This document shows positions 10,381-19,880 of a DNA stretch of 20,000 nucleotides, in pieces. The notes beneath the pieces were generated by a model. That model worked only from the letters and a program-made list of their open reading frames with translations. It searched no databases and was not told the DNA's origin. Origin of the DNA: Catajapyx aquilonaris. Its lineage: Eukaryota. Where the stretch lies: assembly GCA_000934665.2 (NCBI GenBank), contig JYFJ02001946.1, positions 46,488-66,487 on the forward strand. Reading direction: 5' to 3'. The number at the start of each line of letters is the position of its first letter. The stretch's first letter is position 1. A program made the position numbers and the translations under genes.

Positions 10381-10767
10381 TTAACCAAAGTGGAAAATTG
10401 GTATTTTGATTTCTTCATTTTTGTGGCCCTTGAATCTAATACACCCATCTTCTTCATCCTCCTCTACTCCTGCTCTTTTGCAAAAGTTTGCCCCCAAGAT
10501 GGGGACTCCGTCATAGCCTTTCAATATATGAAATTGTTCATATTTCCATGAAGTTCCCCAGAAGAGCTGGAGAGTCCTAACAGCCGCTATCTCGTATGCT
10601 GTCCCTTTTACATTCAGCTTCTTGCCGGCCATCGAATCTAGCTCGGTACTGAAGCTCATAGACTCCCAGCATCTGACCTCGCGATCCGATATGATCGAAT
10701 CCTCCACAGTGGTGTCGATTGCAAAACAAATGTACAATTTTGCATGCGCCGTAATAAGGCCTGACAT
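10381..10767 (-). CDS. 128-aa retropepsin-like orphan protein, paralogue B
   Basis: MSGLITAHAKLYICFAIDTTVEDSIISDREV...FHILKGYDGVPILGANFCKRAGVEED...FHFG; 90/128 identical to paralogue A by hand count, with no indels. Putative 5'UTR intron 10768-10889 (AAAG|GTACAG...ttttccag|ATG). Confidence 0.75.
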   Translation of the reverse strand: MSGLITAHAKLYICFAIDTTVEDSIISDREVRCWESMSFSTELDSMAGKKLNVKGTAYEIAAVRTLQLFWGTSWKYEQFHILKGYDGVPILGANFCKRAGVEEDEEDGCIRFKGHKNEEIKIPIFHFG

Positions 10768-11852
10768 CTGGAAAAGAAACACACACAAAAATCTGTAGCT
10801 ATGAATATGAGGCGTTCAGCGCAGGTTTTAGTTGAGCAAGATAACACTATACCTCTGGTTGCAATATGTTATCCTAATATACACTGTACCTTTTCAAATT
10901 CAGCCAATCTTCGTTTTTGCCCTTAAGAATGTTGTTACACTCTATCCAGAAAAAGATTCTCGGTCAGGACTCCAAGCTAGTCTCGCTGTAAATGACTGGC
11001 CGTACAATATGTATAGCAACTCAGTATCTTTTAATATTCTTTCTATCTTTTTTTTTCTTCCCTTGTCCTAATATAATTAGGCCGACTTATACGTATGTTA
11101 TGCATCACTTCTGTGGTATGGTCCATTGTTCAGGACTCGTTTAATGATCTAATACTCTCATTCACCGAAACTTGCCACCGTTCACACCGCAAAATCTCAT
11201 TTTCACTACTTGTCGACTTTTTACTACCCTTGAAATACACTTACTATCTTTTGCTTGATCTTTTGCCTAGCCATAAAGACTTTACGATCCTTACGACCAG
11301 AACAGAGTGTGGATATTAATATATAATTACAGTACGGCACTCTGCTTCGATTTTACCCCTAGAATATTTTGCACAGTTTAGAATAAAAATTTCATTTCTT
11401 TTTCCACAATATTTAACATTTATGGATATTATTCAGTCGTGACTGAGAACACGACCGTGATAACATACCCATAAATGACCAAATGGAAAAATGTGGGCGT
11501 CATTCAGAATTCATTAAGAATTGATCATTTTAGTTTTTTCTTCTTTCCTTGGAACTTAAAATCGCACTTTATTGAAATTTAGACAATATCCGACGTCCAC
11601 TGGCGTCCTCTTTCAGAAAGTTTTGTACACAAATATCAAATATAATTATAAATGTTTCCTTGTAGAAGGGTTATGTAGCCTTGGAATGACTTTTAAACAA
11701 TTATATCGAAAAGTAACAAGACTAGGGCATGCCTATACTTACATTTGTCTTTATTGCATGTGTTTTATTAGTAAGAGTGCTCAAGGCAGTTCTATGATTC
11801 AAGCGCCAATATTTTCCCGAACAATAATATTACGTAGCAAGCAAAATTATCT

Positions 11853-12944
11853 TCATGTGGACCTAAAGACGTTTTTCATCACAGTGACCATGTTGCACCG
11901 TTTACAAGTCATCTCTATTGACCACTCTGGAACAACATACGTGATGCAGTCCAGGGGCATCAGGTCCACCCCACACCGAATACAGTAGTCAACGCTGCCA
12001 ATGAAGACAATGGTGTGCCCATATACCTCCCACTCCCAATTCTTGCCCCGAACTGCTTCCTGGCGATTCTTCCATTCCCAGGAGGCCTCCCCTGGCATCC
12101 TGAACAGGGTCTTGCTCAAGGGACCTGGTCTCCGGACGCCAGATTTGAAGGCTCCAACCCGCTTCTTCCGGATGGGTCTAGCAGCAACAGTGGTCCCTTT
12201 CGCCATCATTTGGTGCTGTTGGGTCTTCTTGACATCTTTCCGCTCAACGTACTTGCTAAACGGGATGATGCGCCGATACTTCACTGCTGGTTGTTCATCG
12301 GAGGACAGAGTAGTGTCACGACGCCGTCGATGGGCTAAAACCTTATTCCGATAGCTTTCCATGGCATGACGATCTATTTCAATAGGTGCCTGCTCATCAG
12401 AGGAAAAGCCGTTGTTTGCAGATCGGTGTCGGCTAGCCAGGTATTGCTTACGCAATTCTTTCTTGTAATACTGTATGATATTGGTTTCTGACTGAGTTTC
12501 AGCAGCGACCTGATCATTGCCAAATGATTTTTCAGAAGAATCAGCCTTTATGCCAGATACTCCTACAGCATTATTCTCGAGCACATTACTCTTACGCCAT
12601 TGCCTTAGTAAAGATGTATCAGTCAAGCTGCTTTGGAATTCAACAAGAGTTTCCTCCGATGCGTCAGTCTTGCTTGCCTTCTTTGTACTCTTTTTGCGCT
12701 TCTCAATCTCTCTAGCTGACTTATTACTGGAGTCACTGTGGCCATCTTCAGGTTTCCCTGCAACTGAATTACTCAATCAACCTCAATTTTTGTAGTACTG
12801 TATTACAACATGTTACAGTAAAATAGGGTCTGCATCTCAACACTATTGTAGTGTAAAAATTAATAATACAGCCTCACCTTCGTTATTATTGCAGAATAAT
12901 CTTGATAAATATGGCTGGACCAATCTCCACAAAAATGCAGCCAT
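11853..12944 (-). CDS. Two-exon, 323-aa basic low-complexity protein with a C-terminal CxxC..CxxC zinc ribbon; function unknown
   Basis: Exon 1 12944-12878 (aataatATGG; MAAFLWRLVQPYLSRLFCNNNE; donor AAG|GTGAGG, phase 1), intron 12877-12758 (ends ttgcag), exon 2 12757-11853 in frame. Has NLS-like KRKKSTKK, HRRRR and RKKR, a repeated SSDEQ motif, and CIRC..CKRC. Confidence 0.78.
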
Positions 12945-13577
12945 ATTATTTTGATCCCAGCAACAGCAGCTCAACACGCAACAGGGAATATATTTCTCAG
13001 CTGCAGGAGATGGTCATTTTTCGAGGCCAAATTCTCGCATTCATTGTTTCTCTGTTTAGTGTCCTTATGTCATTATGCATTGTCACGTCTTGTCGTACAG
13101 GAACTTAATCTGAGCCCCGCACAATCACTCGAGACCAATTTCACGCCTATAAAACATCTGCGAGTCAAGATACAGGCACCGCAAATTATTTTTGGTCAGT
13201 TATCTCACAGCACTTATTAATATTGAAGAACGTGGGGTCTCTATACGTCATACATTTCTCATAAGATTTCAGAAAAGCGCATTGCGTATTTTGCAATATA
13301 GGCCTACTGTAACAATGAACAATAGGGCGCTACTTTATTTGCGTTTACAGGAAAGTCAGGTAAGCTACAGTATAGTATAGCTCACTTGAAGCCTTGGGAC
13401 AAACAGTCCAGCCCATGCTGTCCTTCAAGTCACTAGATTACAACTGCGACTGTAAGTACAGCTTAATTGTAGCCTAGTTAAAATTTGGGAGTTGCAGAGG
13501 GGTTTCGTAACACAATGTAACAGAAATCTACTTTTTCTCCATTTCAGGAATCTCTGAATCAGCCATATTATAATAAA

Positions 13578-13647
13578 TAATGTCAGGTTTGACAGAGAAA
13601 TTCAGCGTGACATTGAAAGCTTTATGGCTCTTGCAAACCTGACATTA
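13578..13647. ncRNA. Pre-miRNA-like hairpin, copy 1
   Basis: TAATGTCAGGTTTG...CAAACCTGACATTA is a perfect 14-bp stem, extending to 20 bp with 2 mismatches; 70 nt long. Confidence 0.45.
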
Positions 13648-13826
13648 TCATGGAAATCACTAACACCAGGAACACCAGCCACCAAAGGCCCTTATTTTGT
13701 CATGTGTAGTGTGCTAGAACGATTATACGATCATTGACGTGCAACCCAACCTACAGTAAGTTATAAGGGTATTGTTAGCTTAGGAGGACGTTCTTTTAAT
13801 TTGAGGAATCTGTGAACTAGACATAC

Positions 13827-13890
13827 TAATGCCAGGCGTGTCAGAGGAGCAGCCTTATAAGAGCTTCTTTTCCTTGTAAACCTGGTATTA
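13827..13890. ncRNA. Pre-miRNA-like hairpin, diverged tandem copy 2
   Basis: TAATGCCAGG...CCTGGTATTA plus an inner AGAGGAGC/GCTTCTTT stem with G-U pairs; same flanks as copy 1 (ggaatct.tgaa... and tcatggaaatcac). Confidence 0.42.
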
Positions 13891-15659
13891 TCATGGAAAT
13901 CACATTTGGCATGTGATGATGCGCCAACGTAATGTAAGTGCCCAATGGCCTGTTAGGAAACACAAAATGTACGGGCTAATGTCGCCGAGCTCAGCAATAA
14001 AATCACATAACCTACTGTACTGTATAAGATGGACCAAATTCAGTCAGTGATCTTCTGTATCCCTGTCTATCAGAACGACCTCGAGTGTACATTTCCTCAC
14101 CTTAGGCGACTGTGTATTATAATGATCACTGTTATTGTCAATATCAATAAAGCAATGTCAAACCCACACCGAGAAGTTTCCTTCATCTCCACTCTAATGA
14201 ACACGTACCGGTATAAGAACATCAAGACCATCTCTGAGAAATGATGCTGGGAAACATTATGGCGTAGCCGACGGATAATTTATTGGAATTGGAGAAAAAC
14301 CTGTTATTTGGAAACCGTTGCAAACTGAAAGTAGCTGATTGGAGGTGTCATGAGATGGCCTTTTTACGCATTTTTAAATGAAATTTTTGATAATCGTGGA
14401 TTGGTAGTTCATCATAGCCACGGAGGTCGGTTTGGAGTTAGCTGGTTTTTCTTGAAAAATGATTTTTTCCACAGAAATAATTTTTTAACAATAATATGGC
14501 GAGTGTTAAAATGAGGATTAATATACGTAGATACCAAAAAACCTTAATTTAACACATTTACCATTATGGAAAATATTATTGCATTGGAGCTGGCTTGTTA
14601 AGTACACATACTTGGATCTAGCTGCGTTTGTATGCAGAAAACGAATTTTATGTCATGGATCTAACTGGTTTTGCTTAGGACACGCATTTTTGGAGCCAGT
14701 TTACTCCCGGTTTTGTGCCACACAATATTTGAGTATACTTGGTAGAGGGCATCATAATTATAACAAGGATAAAATCTCGGCCTAGTACACAGTGGTTAGA
14801 CCTGTCATGAACTGTAGTTAGAAAAATAATCGAATGTAAATGGGGACACGAATGTCCTTTTTAAATATTCATGCAAATGACTTGTTTTTGCATAAAAAAT
14901 ATCAACCTACCGTATGTGAGTATATGGCTTTTTGTTGGTTATCATCATTTCTTCGTTGAAGGTTTGGGTGTGTAAATTCATGTATAAAATGTTTCCTAGT
15001 AAAAGAGCTTTTAACCAGGAATGGCTTTTAACCTGGAATGGCTCTATAAAAAGAGGAATTGAAAAGTAACACAATATGACATGCCTACTACTTATCCATT
15101 CGCCTTTATTACGTACATGTGTCTTTAATTAACGTCAGTGTTCAAGGCAGTTCCATGATACAAACGGCACCTGTAAATTCTGTCTCTGCATGTTGTGTAC
15201 AGAATCATTGCAGATGCGAGGTCATGGAGAACAAAAACAATAATGCCCATGTTGTGACTCAGCTAAGAAAAGTGTAGTCTACTATACTTTCACTGGCAGA
15301 TAACATGCAGCACAATGAACAGGACTTGAGTAGTTACGTAGTTACGTGTTTTAATTGCCACTGCTGCATATCAACCGGAATGACATATCGAGAACCGTCG
15401 AGAACTAAGAGTTATGTGCTGACTCCCATAATGGATTATAAATACTGACCGGTACTAAATTTTGCATTATGGGTTACTAAAGGAACCCATAATTTATTGT
15501 ATTTCACTTTTTCCACCACCCTTTACGACACCAAAATCGGGTATGGCGAGCGTGCCAGTTTGTTTTTCCTTGTCCAATATTACCTTTAATGCCCCTCATT
15601 ATACGTATACTGACCTGACCTATTATGTCGTTGAGCATATCATCTGAAATCAGCTCTTA

Positions 15660-15786
15660 GGGCCGGTTTCACCGAGCTTGGTATATGATAAAACCAGGTT
15701 TCTTTAGGAAAATCCAATACAAATAGATAGGGATTTTGAGAAAGAACCCTGGTTTTATCATATACTGAGCTCGGTGAAACCGGCCC
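15660..15786. mobile_element. PIF/Harbinger (Tourist-like) MITE, 127 bp
   Basis: 46-bp TIRs starting GGGCCGGTTTCACCGAGCT with 3 mismatches; TTA target-site duplication at 15657-15659 and 15787-15789. Confidence 0.9.
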
Positions 15787-15844
15787 TTAAATACTATACC
15801 GAATGAAACCACTGTTCACCAACAATTTCCTGAACAATATTACA

Positions 15845-16132
15845 TTACATGCAAAATATATTATTATCTTCAATGACATCTTTCATTACAGTGACCATGT
15901 TGCACCGTTTACAAGTCATCTCTATTGACCACTCTGGAACAACATACGTGATGCAGTCAAGGGGCATCAGGTCCACCCCACACCGAATACAGTGGTCAAG
16001 GCTGCCAAAGAAAACAATGGTGTCCACATGTACTGTACTTCCCATTCTTGCCCTGAACTGCTTATTGGCGTTCTTCCGGCATTCCCAGGAGGTCTCCTCT
16101 GCCATTCTGAACAGGGGCTTACTCAATGGACC
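15845..16132 (-). pseudogene. 3' half of the second Zn-ribbon gene copy (still an open frame; 86 aa from ATG 16105)
   Basis: CIRCGVDLMPLDCITYVVPEWSIEMTCKRCNMVTVMK is identical to copy C; the upstream part has compensating indels; homology stops at 16132. Confidence 0.75.
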
Positions 16133-16623
16133 ATGGAATAATATATCATCAGAGCAGCATCAGAAGAGTGAACTGTCTCGACGTCTCGTCACCCACACAG
16201 TTTGGTACTTACAAGTAGTTATAGTGTCCCTATGGCTTATATCTCAGCCGGATCAGTCTGATGGGAGCCTATGTCTGCTCTCTTATATACTACGGCAAGA
16301 TATATTGTATAATAAGTCCCCACAATCATAATGACACAAATGTATGTTATGCTATATGCTCGATATACCTAGTCACATGAAAATAATAACAATCAAAAAT
16401 TTGGCATTCATTTGACCGACCTCATGCCCTGACTTCAATGTCAGACGTTAGTCGTTTCCGTACATAGACTTATCTTTGGCACGATCTTTCTATGAAGCCA
16501 AATTTCTTCGTTTTCCACTGTAAAGTTAAATGTAGCCTGCTTTAATTTTCATTGTACGTACACCAATAAGTCATCAACGGACAAAATGAGCAATCTCGTT
16601 ATTTTATGATACGTGATTCTGAG

Positions 16624-17509
16624 TCAAATACCCAGATCACATGACGATCTGAAGAGATGGCCTGGTATTGAACCAATAGAACAAATAATATATATCGTCT
16701 CAATAATATTTTTACGCATGCAGAAATGTACAGTACCTTGGTGATACAACCCGGACACCACGAGTTCTTTCAACTCTGTGCAGTCCCGAATGAAGCGCTT
16801 GATCCTGGCCCCGTGGTTCATGCAGGTAATATTAACAAGACTAAGCGACCCCAAGGTGGGAGCGCTTTTTCTGACAGCATTAAACAACGTGTTTGTGTTT
16901 CCAGACCTCCAATTCCTCAGCTCCAGTTGTTTAAGCCATCTCATGCCAAGAAGCCACTCGGCGGCATGTGGGCAGTTCAGTCCTAAGGCCTCACCGTCCA
17001 GCGTGACCCGTTTCCACAGAGATGGATCTTTCGCCAGCTGTTCCCAAGATTTGCAGACCAACGCAGCTTTTGTCACCAGCTCTTCTTCGGTTAGGTAAGA
17101 GAACACCTTCAACATCATCTCAGGAGGAAGCCGCGAAAAGCCCCCTTGAATCTGAAAAGTAATGTGAATGCCATGGTGTGCGTCAAATTATTATTGACCA
17201 GTTAGGGATTTAACCAGCAGGCAAGTGGCCATAACTTCGCTGTAACTAATTAATGGTGTTCAAATATTTTTCAAATATTGTTTGACTTACGATTACGACT
17301 TCCATGCTCTTGCCCTCATCACTTTTGTTCCTGCTTCTCTTCATATTTTTAGGCCCCTGTCCTTCTTTCTCTTCCCTTACTCCTGCAACATTCACCACAC
17401 TTCGTCTGCATGTCTTCCCAACTATTCCAGCAGTTTCATTACCAGATTGGTCTTCAGTGGGTCCCTGCCTCTTCCTACCTGACCTCCTCAATGTTCCAGA
17501 TGAGATCAT
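16624..17509 (-). CDS. F-box / leucine-rich-repeat (FBXL-like) protein, apparently C-terminally truncated
   Basis: Exon 17509-17291 (ATC|GTAAGT, phase 0), intron 17290-17152 (ends ttttcag), exon 17151-16737 encoding FSRLPPEMMLKVFSYLTEEELVTKAALVCKSWEQLAKDPSLWKRVTL (canonical F-box) and LRR-like LKQLELRNW, LGSLSLVNI, CTELKELVVSG. Probable intron 16736-16662; stop at 16624-16626. Start codon uncertain (another acceptor at 17539). Confidence 0.85.
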
Positions 17510-18194
17510 GATGGTTAGCTCGGGGTGCAAGGATCGTCCTGAAATGAAAAGTAACGCCGCGCCGCCGATCAGCACAAAATTAGTGCCATGTTTGCAACGC
17601 AGGTTGAAAATATTATTCTTGATCCAAAAAATTTCGGGAAGTGAAACGAACCACTCTGGCGAAAATCTGATTATATTGACTTCACCTAATGGTGTAGTTC
17701 ATTTCTGCCCTTTATGCACATTCCATTCATGATGGCTGATCGACAACAACTTATGTATAGTGGTACAGTACACATAAACAACTGTAGACTCAAGTAGAGT
17801 GCATACATAATACGAATGGGTATCATTTGAAACCCAAGCCAGTGATTATTAAGTTATTTTATGCGTCATCTTTTGTGCGCGGTACTCATCACTGCCATAT
17901 TTTCAATCTCAGCAACTATAATGCAGCACTCCTCCGGATGCCACATCATGGAGCTACTGATGTAATGAAAGGGCCAAAGTGACTGCTTTCTGATTGCAGG
18001 GGAAGAATTCATAAAATGCAGAATATTTTAATAATGAAGTACGGGCCAATAGGGACATTCTTCACTGATTACGTTAAGCACCGGTGTACTTGTGTTCTTC
18101 AAGATTTGACCAATCGTACAATCCGATAAATAACTTACGCAAGAGATTCACCATTTATGTCCAGATTCACTGCGGATTTACAAGATTCAACCTG

Positions 18195-18790
18195 GGATTC
18201 GCTTTAATGTCAGACATCATGAGCAGATAACATGCGGATTGTGGACGTAACATAATATTAAAACTTGGTTGCCGTTGAACACTATACTGAAATTTATTCT
18301 GTGCGTGATATGACATGGAAAAGGCCTATCTGGCTACTCTCGATGGACTTGGACTTATTAGCTACTATCATTTTAAATTGTTCTTACCGTCTCAATAGTG
18401 ATCTGTAGACTTAAAATGCACCAACTGTGGGAAGGGGGGTGATGTTCGTCAAAGGACTGCCAGAAATGTACTACTAGTCAGTCTGTCTTCCCTGTGGACG
18501 CAAAGAACGTGGCGCTCTATTATTCATTGTTTTCCAGAAATTTCATTAGAAGTGTAAGACGTAGGACGCATTCCTCTATATTCATAAGTGCTGTAAGACG
18601 TCTGACCAAAACGGCCTAATATACATTCATCCACTTTTTATAGTTGTGTGGAGGTATTATTTCAAGCTGCCCACAGCTGTTTTATGGGTGCAATAATTAT
18701 TGTTCTCGGGTGATTATGTGTTGCTGAGATTACGTTACGGTGAGACTAGACATGACAATGCATATTGGCTCAGGTATGGCACTAAAAAGG
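18195..18790 (-). repeat. Older inverted copy of module M (13055-13665)
   Basis: The reverse complement contains atgcattgtcatgtctagtc, ttttggtcagacgtcttacagcacttat, aacaatgaataatagagcgc and ggtaagaacaatttaa, collinear with M. Clear for 18365-18790, weak below that. Confidence 0.75.
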
Positions 18791-18963
18791 GGAAATACGA
18801 ACTGTACGTGCAGTATACGTATGTAACTATGTACTGTACTATGGATGTATTGTACGTACAGTATATTATGAATGAATGTACAGTATAATAATTATGTGTG
18901 CATAAATTCAGGCCAGTTTACGAGATTCACTTTACTAACGGCCTTACTTAATGCAATGGGTCG

Positions 18964-19138
18964 TTAGTAGCCCTTCTCGGAAAGGAAGGGCAGAGATGAA
19001 ATTAATGATACAGTAAATTAATTTTTGCGCACTTCCCGAGGCGGAGATTAATGAATGTGACGGATGTGACGGGTGATATCAAATATGACATTATTCGAAT
19101 ATGGAACCTCTGAATTTCATTGTTAACTACAGTATAGA
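18964..19138 (-). mobile_element. Possible short non-autonomous Helitron-like element
   Basis: Minus strand starts A|TCTATACTG and ends GCCCTTC-ctttccga-GAAGGGC-ta-CTAA (hairpin plus CTRR). The next base is C rather than the canonical T. Confidence 0.35.
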
Positions 19139-19143
19139 TGCAA

Positions 19144-19230
19144 CTCAGGACACCAGATTTGAAGGATCCAACCTGCTTCTTTCGGGTGGGTCTAACAGCC
19201 GCGACAATTGCCTCTTTTGTCATCACGAAT
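19144..19230 (-). pseudogene. Middle fragment of the second Zn-ribbon gene copy
   Basis: MTKEAIVAAVRPTRKKQVGSFKSGVL aligns with MAKGTTVAARPIRKKRVGAFKSGVR of copy C; the N-terminal ~800 nt of C are missing. Confidence 0.8.
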
Positions 19231-19810
19231 TTGTGGCTGGATACTTTGGTCAAACTTTATGGTGGACTAACTATATTGTTTTTCTGGTTTAGTCCCATGC
19301 CTGCGCGTACGCCATTATGCATTGTCACATCATTCTAGTCTTACAATAACTTATTCTCAGCCTCACATAATGACCAAAGACCAATTATTCGACCGTAAAA
19401 CATCATTCTGTGGACTCGCAGAAATAATTCCTTCACATGATAAGGCAATATTTTTGGTCTGACGTCTGATAGCACTTTTTAATATTGTCAGCGTCTTAGG
19501 TCGTAAATTTCTCATAAAATTTCAGAAAAGCACATTGAGTGTTTAACAATATAACAATGCATGATAGGACACTGCTTGCTTTGCTTCCTCAGCAGGGATG
19601 AAGGGTTAGCCAGTAGCTCACTTGAAGCCCTAGAACAAACACCTCCAGCCCCAGGCCTGCTGCCCTTCAAGTAGCCTACCTAGATTACAGATGCGAGTGT
19701 AAGTACAGCTTAATTGCAGTTAGAATTTGGTAGTCGGAGAGGGGTTTCGTAACACTCTGTAACATTAATCAACATTTTCTCCATTTCAGGAATCTCTGAA
19801 TCAGCCATAT

Positions 19811-19880
19811 TAATGTCAGGTTTGACAGAGAAATTCAGCGTGATATTGAAAGCTACCTGGCTCTTGCAAACCTGACATTA
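19811..19880. ncRNA. Pre-miRNA-like hairpin, copy 3
   Basis: Both 20-nt arms are identical to copy 1 and the differences fall in the loop region; basal extension CCAT/ATGG. Confidence 0.45.

Larger units (their letters stand above)
5350..11175 (+). repeat. Tandem segmental duplication, unit B
   Basis: See unit A. It carries extra blocks absent from A at ~5843-6230 and ~7310-10222. Confidence 0.9.
11640..13670 (+). repeat. Duplication unit C (partner D: ~14985-16132 plus ~19144-19900)
   Basis: Matches: 11645-11805 with 14985-15170; 11810-12125 with 15820-16132; 12130-12210 with 19144-19225; 13055-13670 with 19285-19900. Confidence 0.9.

Noticed and set aside
11572..12795. Several + strand ORFs
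   Set aside because: Antisense shadows of the minus-strand Zn-ribbon gene.
13912..13995. Box C/D snoRNA (GTGATGA)
   Set aside because: No properly placed CTGA box D or terminal stem.
14029..14340. LRR-like relic (FPHLRRLCI)
   Set aside because: A single short motif with broken frames; insufficient support.
15849..17732. + strand ORFs 15849-16331, 16778-17098 and 17304-17732
   Set aside because: Antisense shadows of the Zn-ribbon fragment and the F-box exons.
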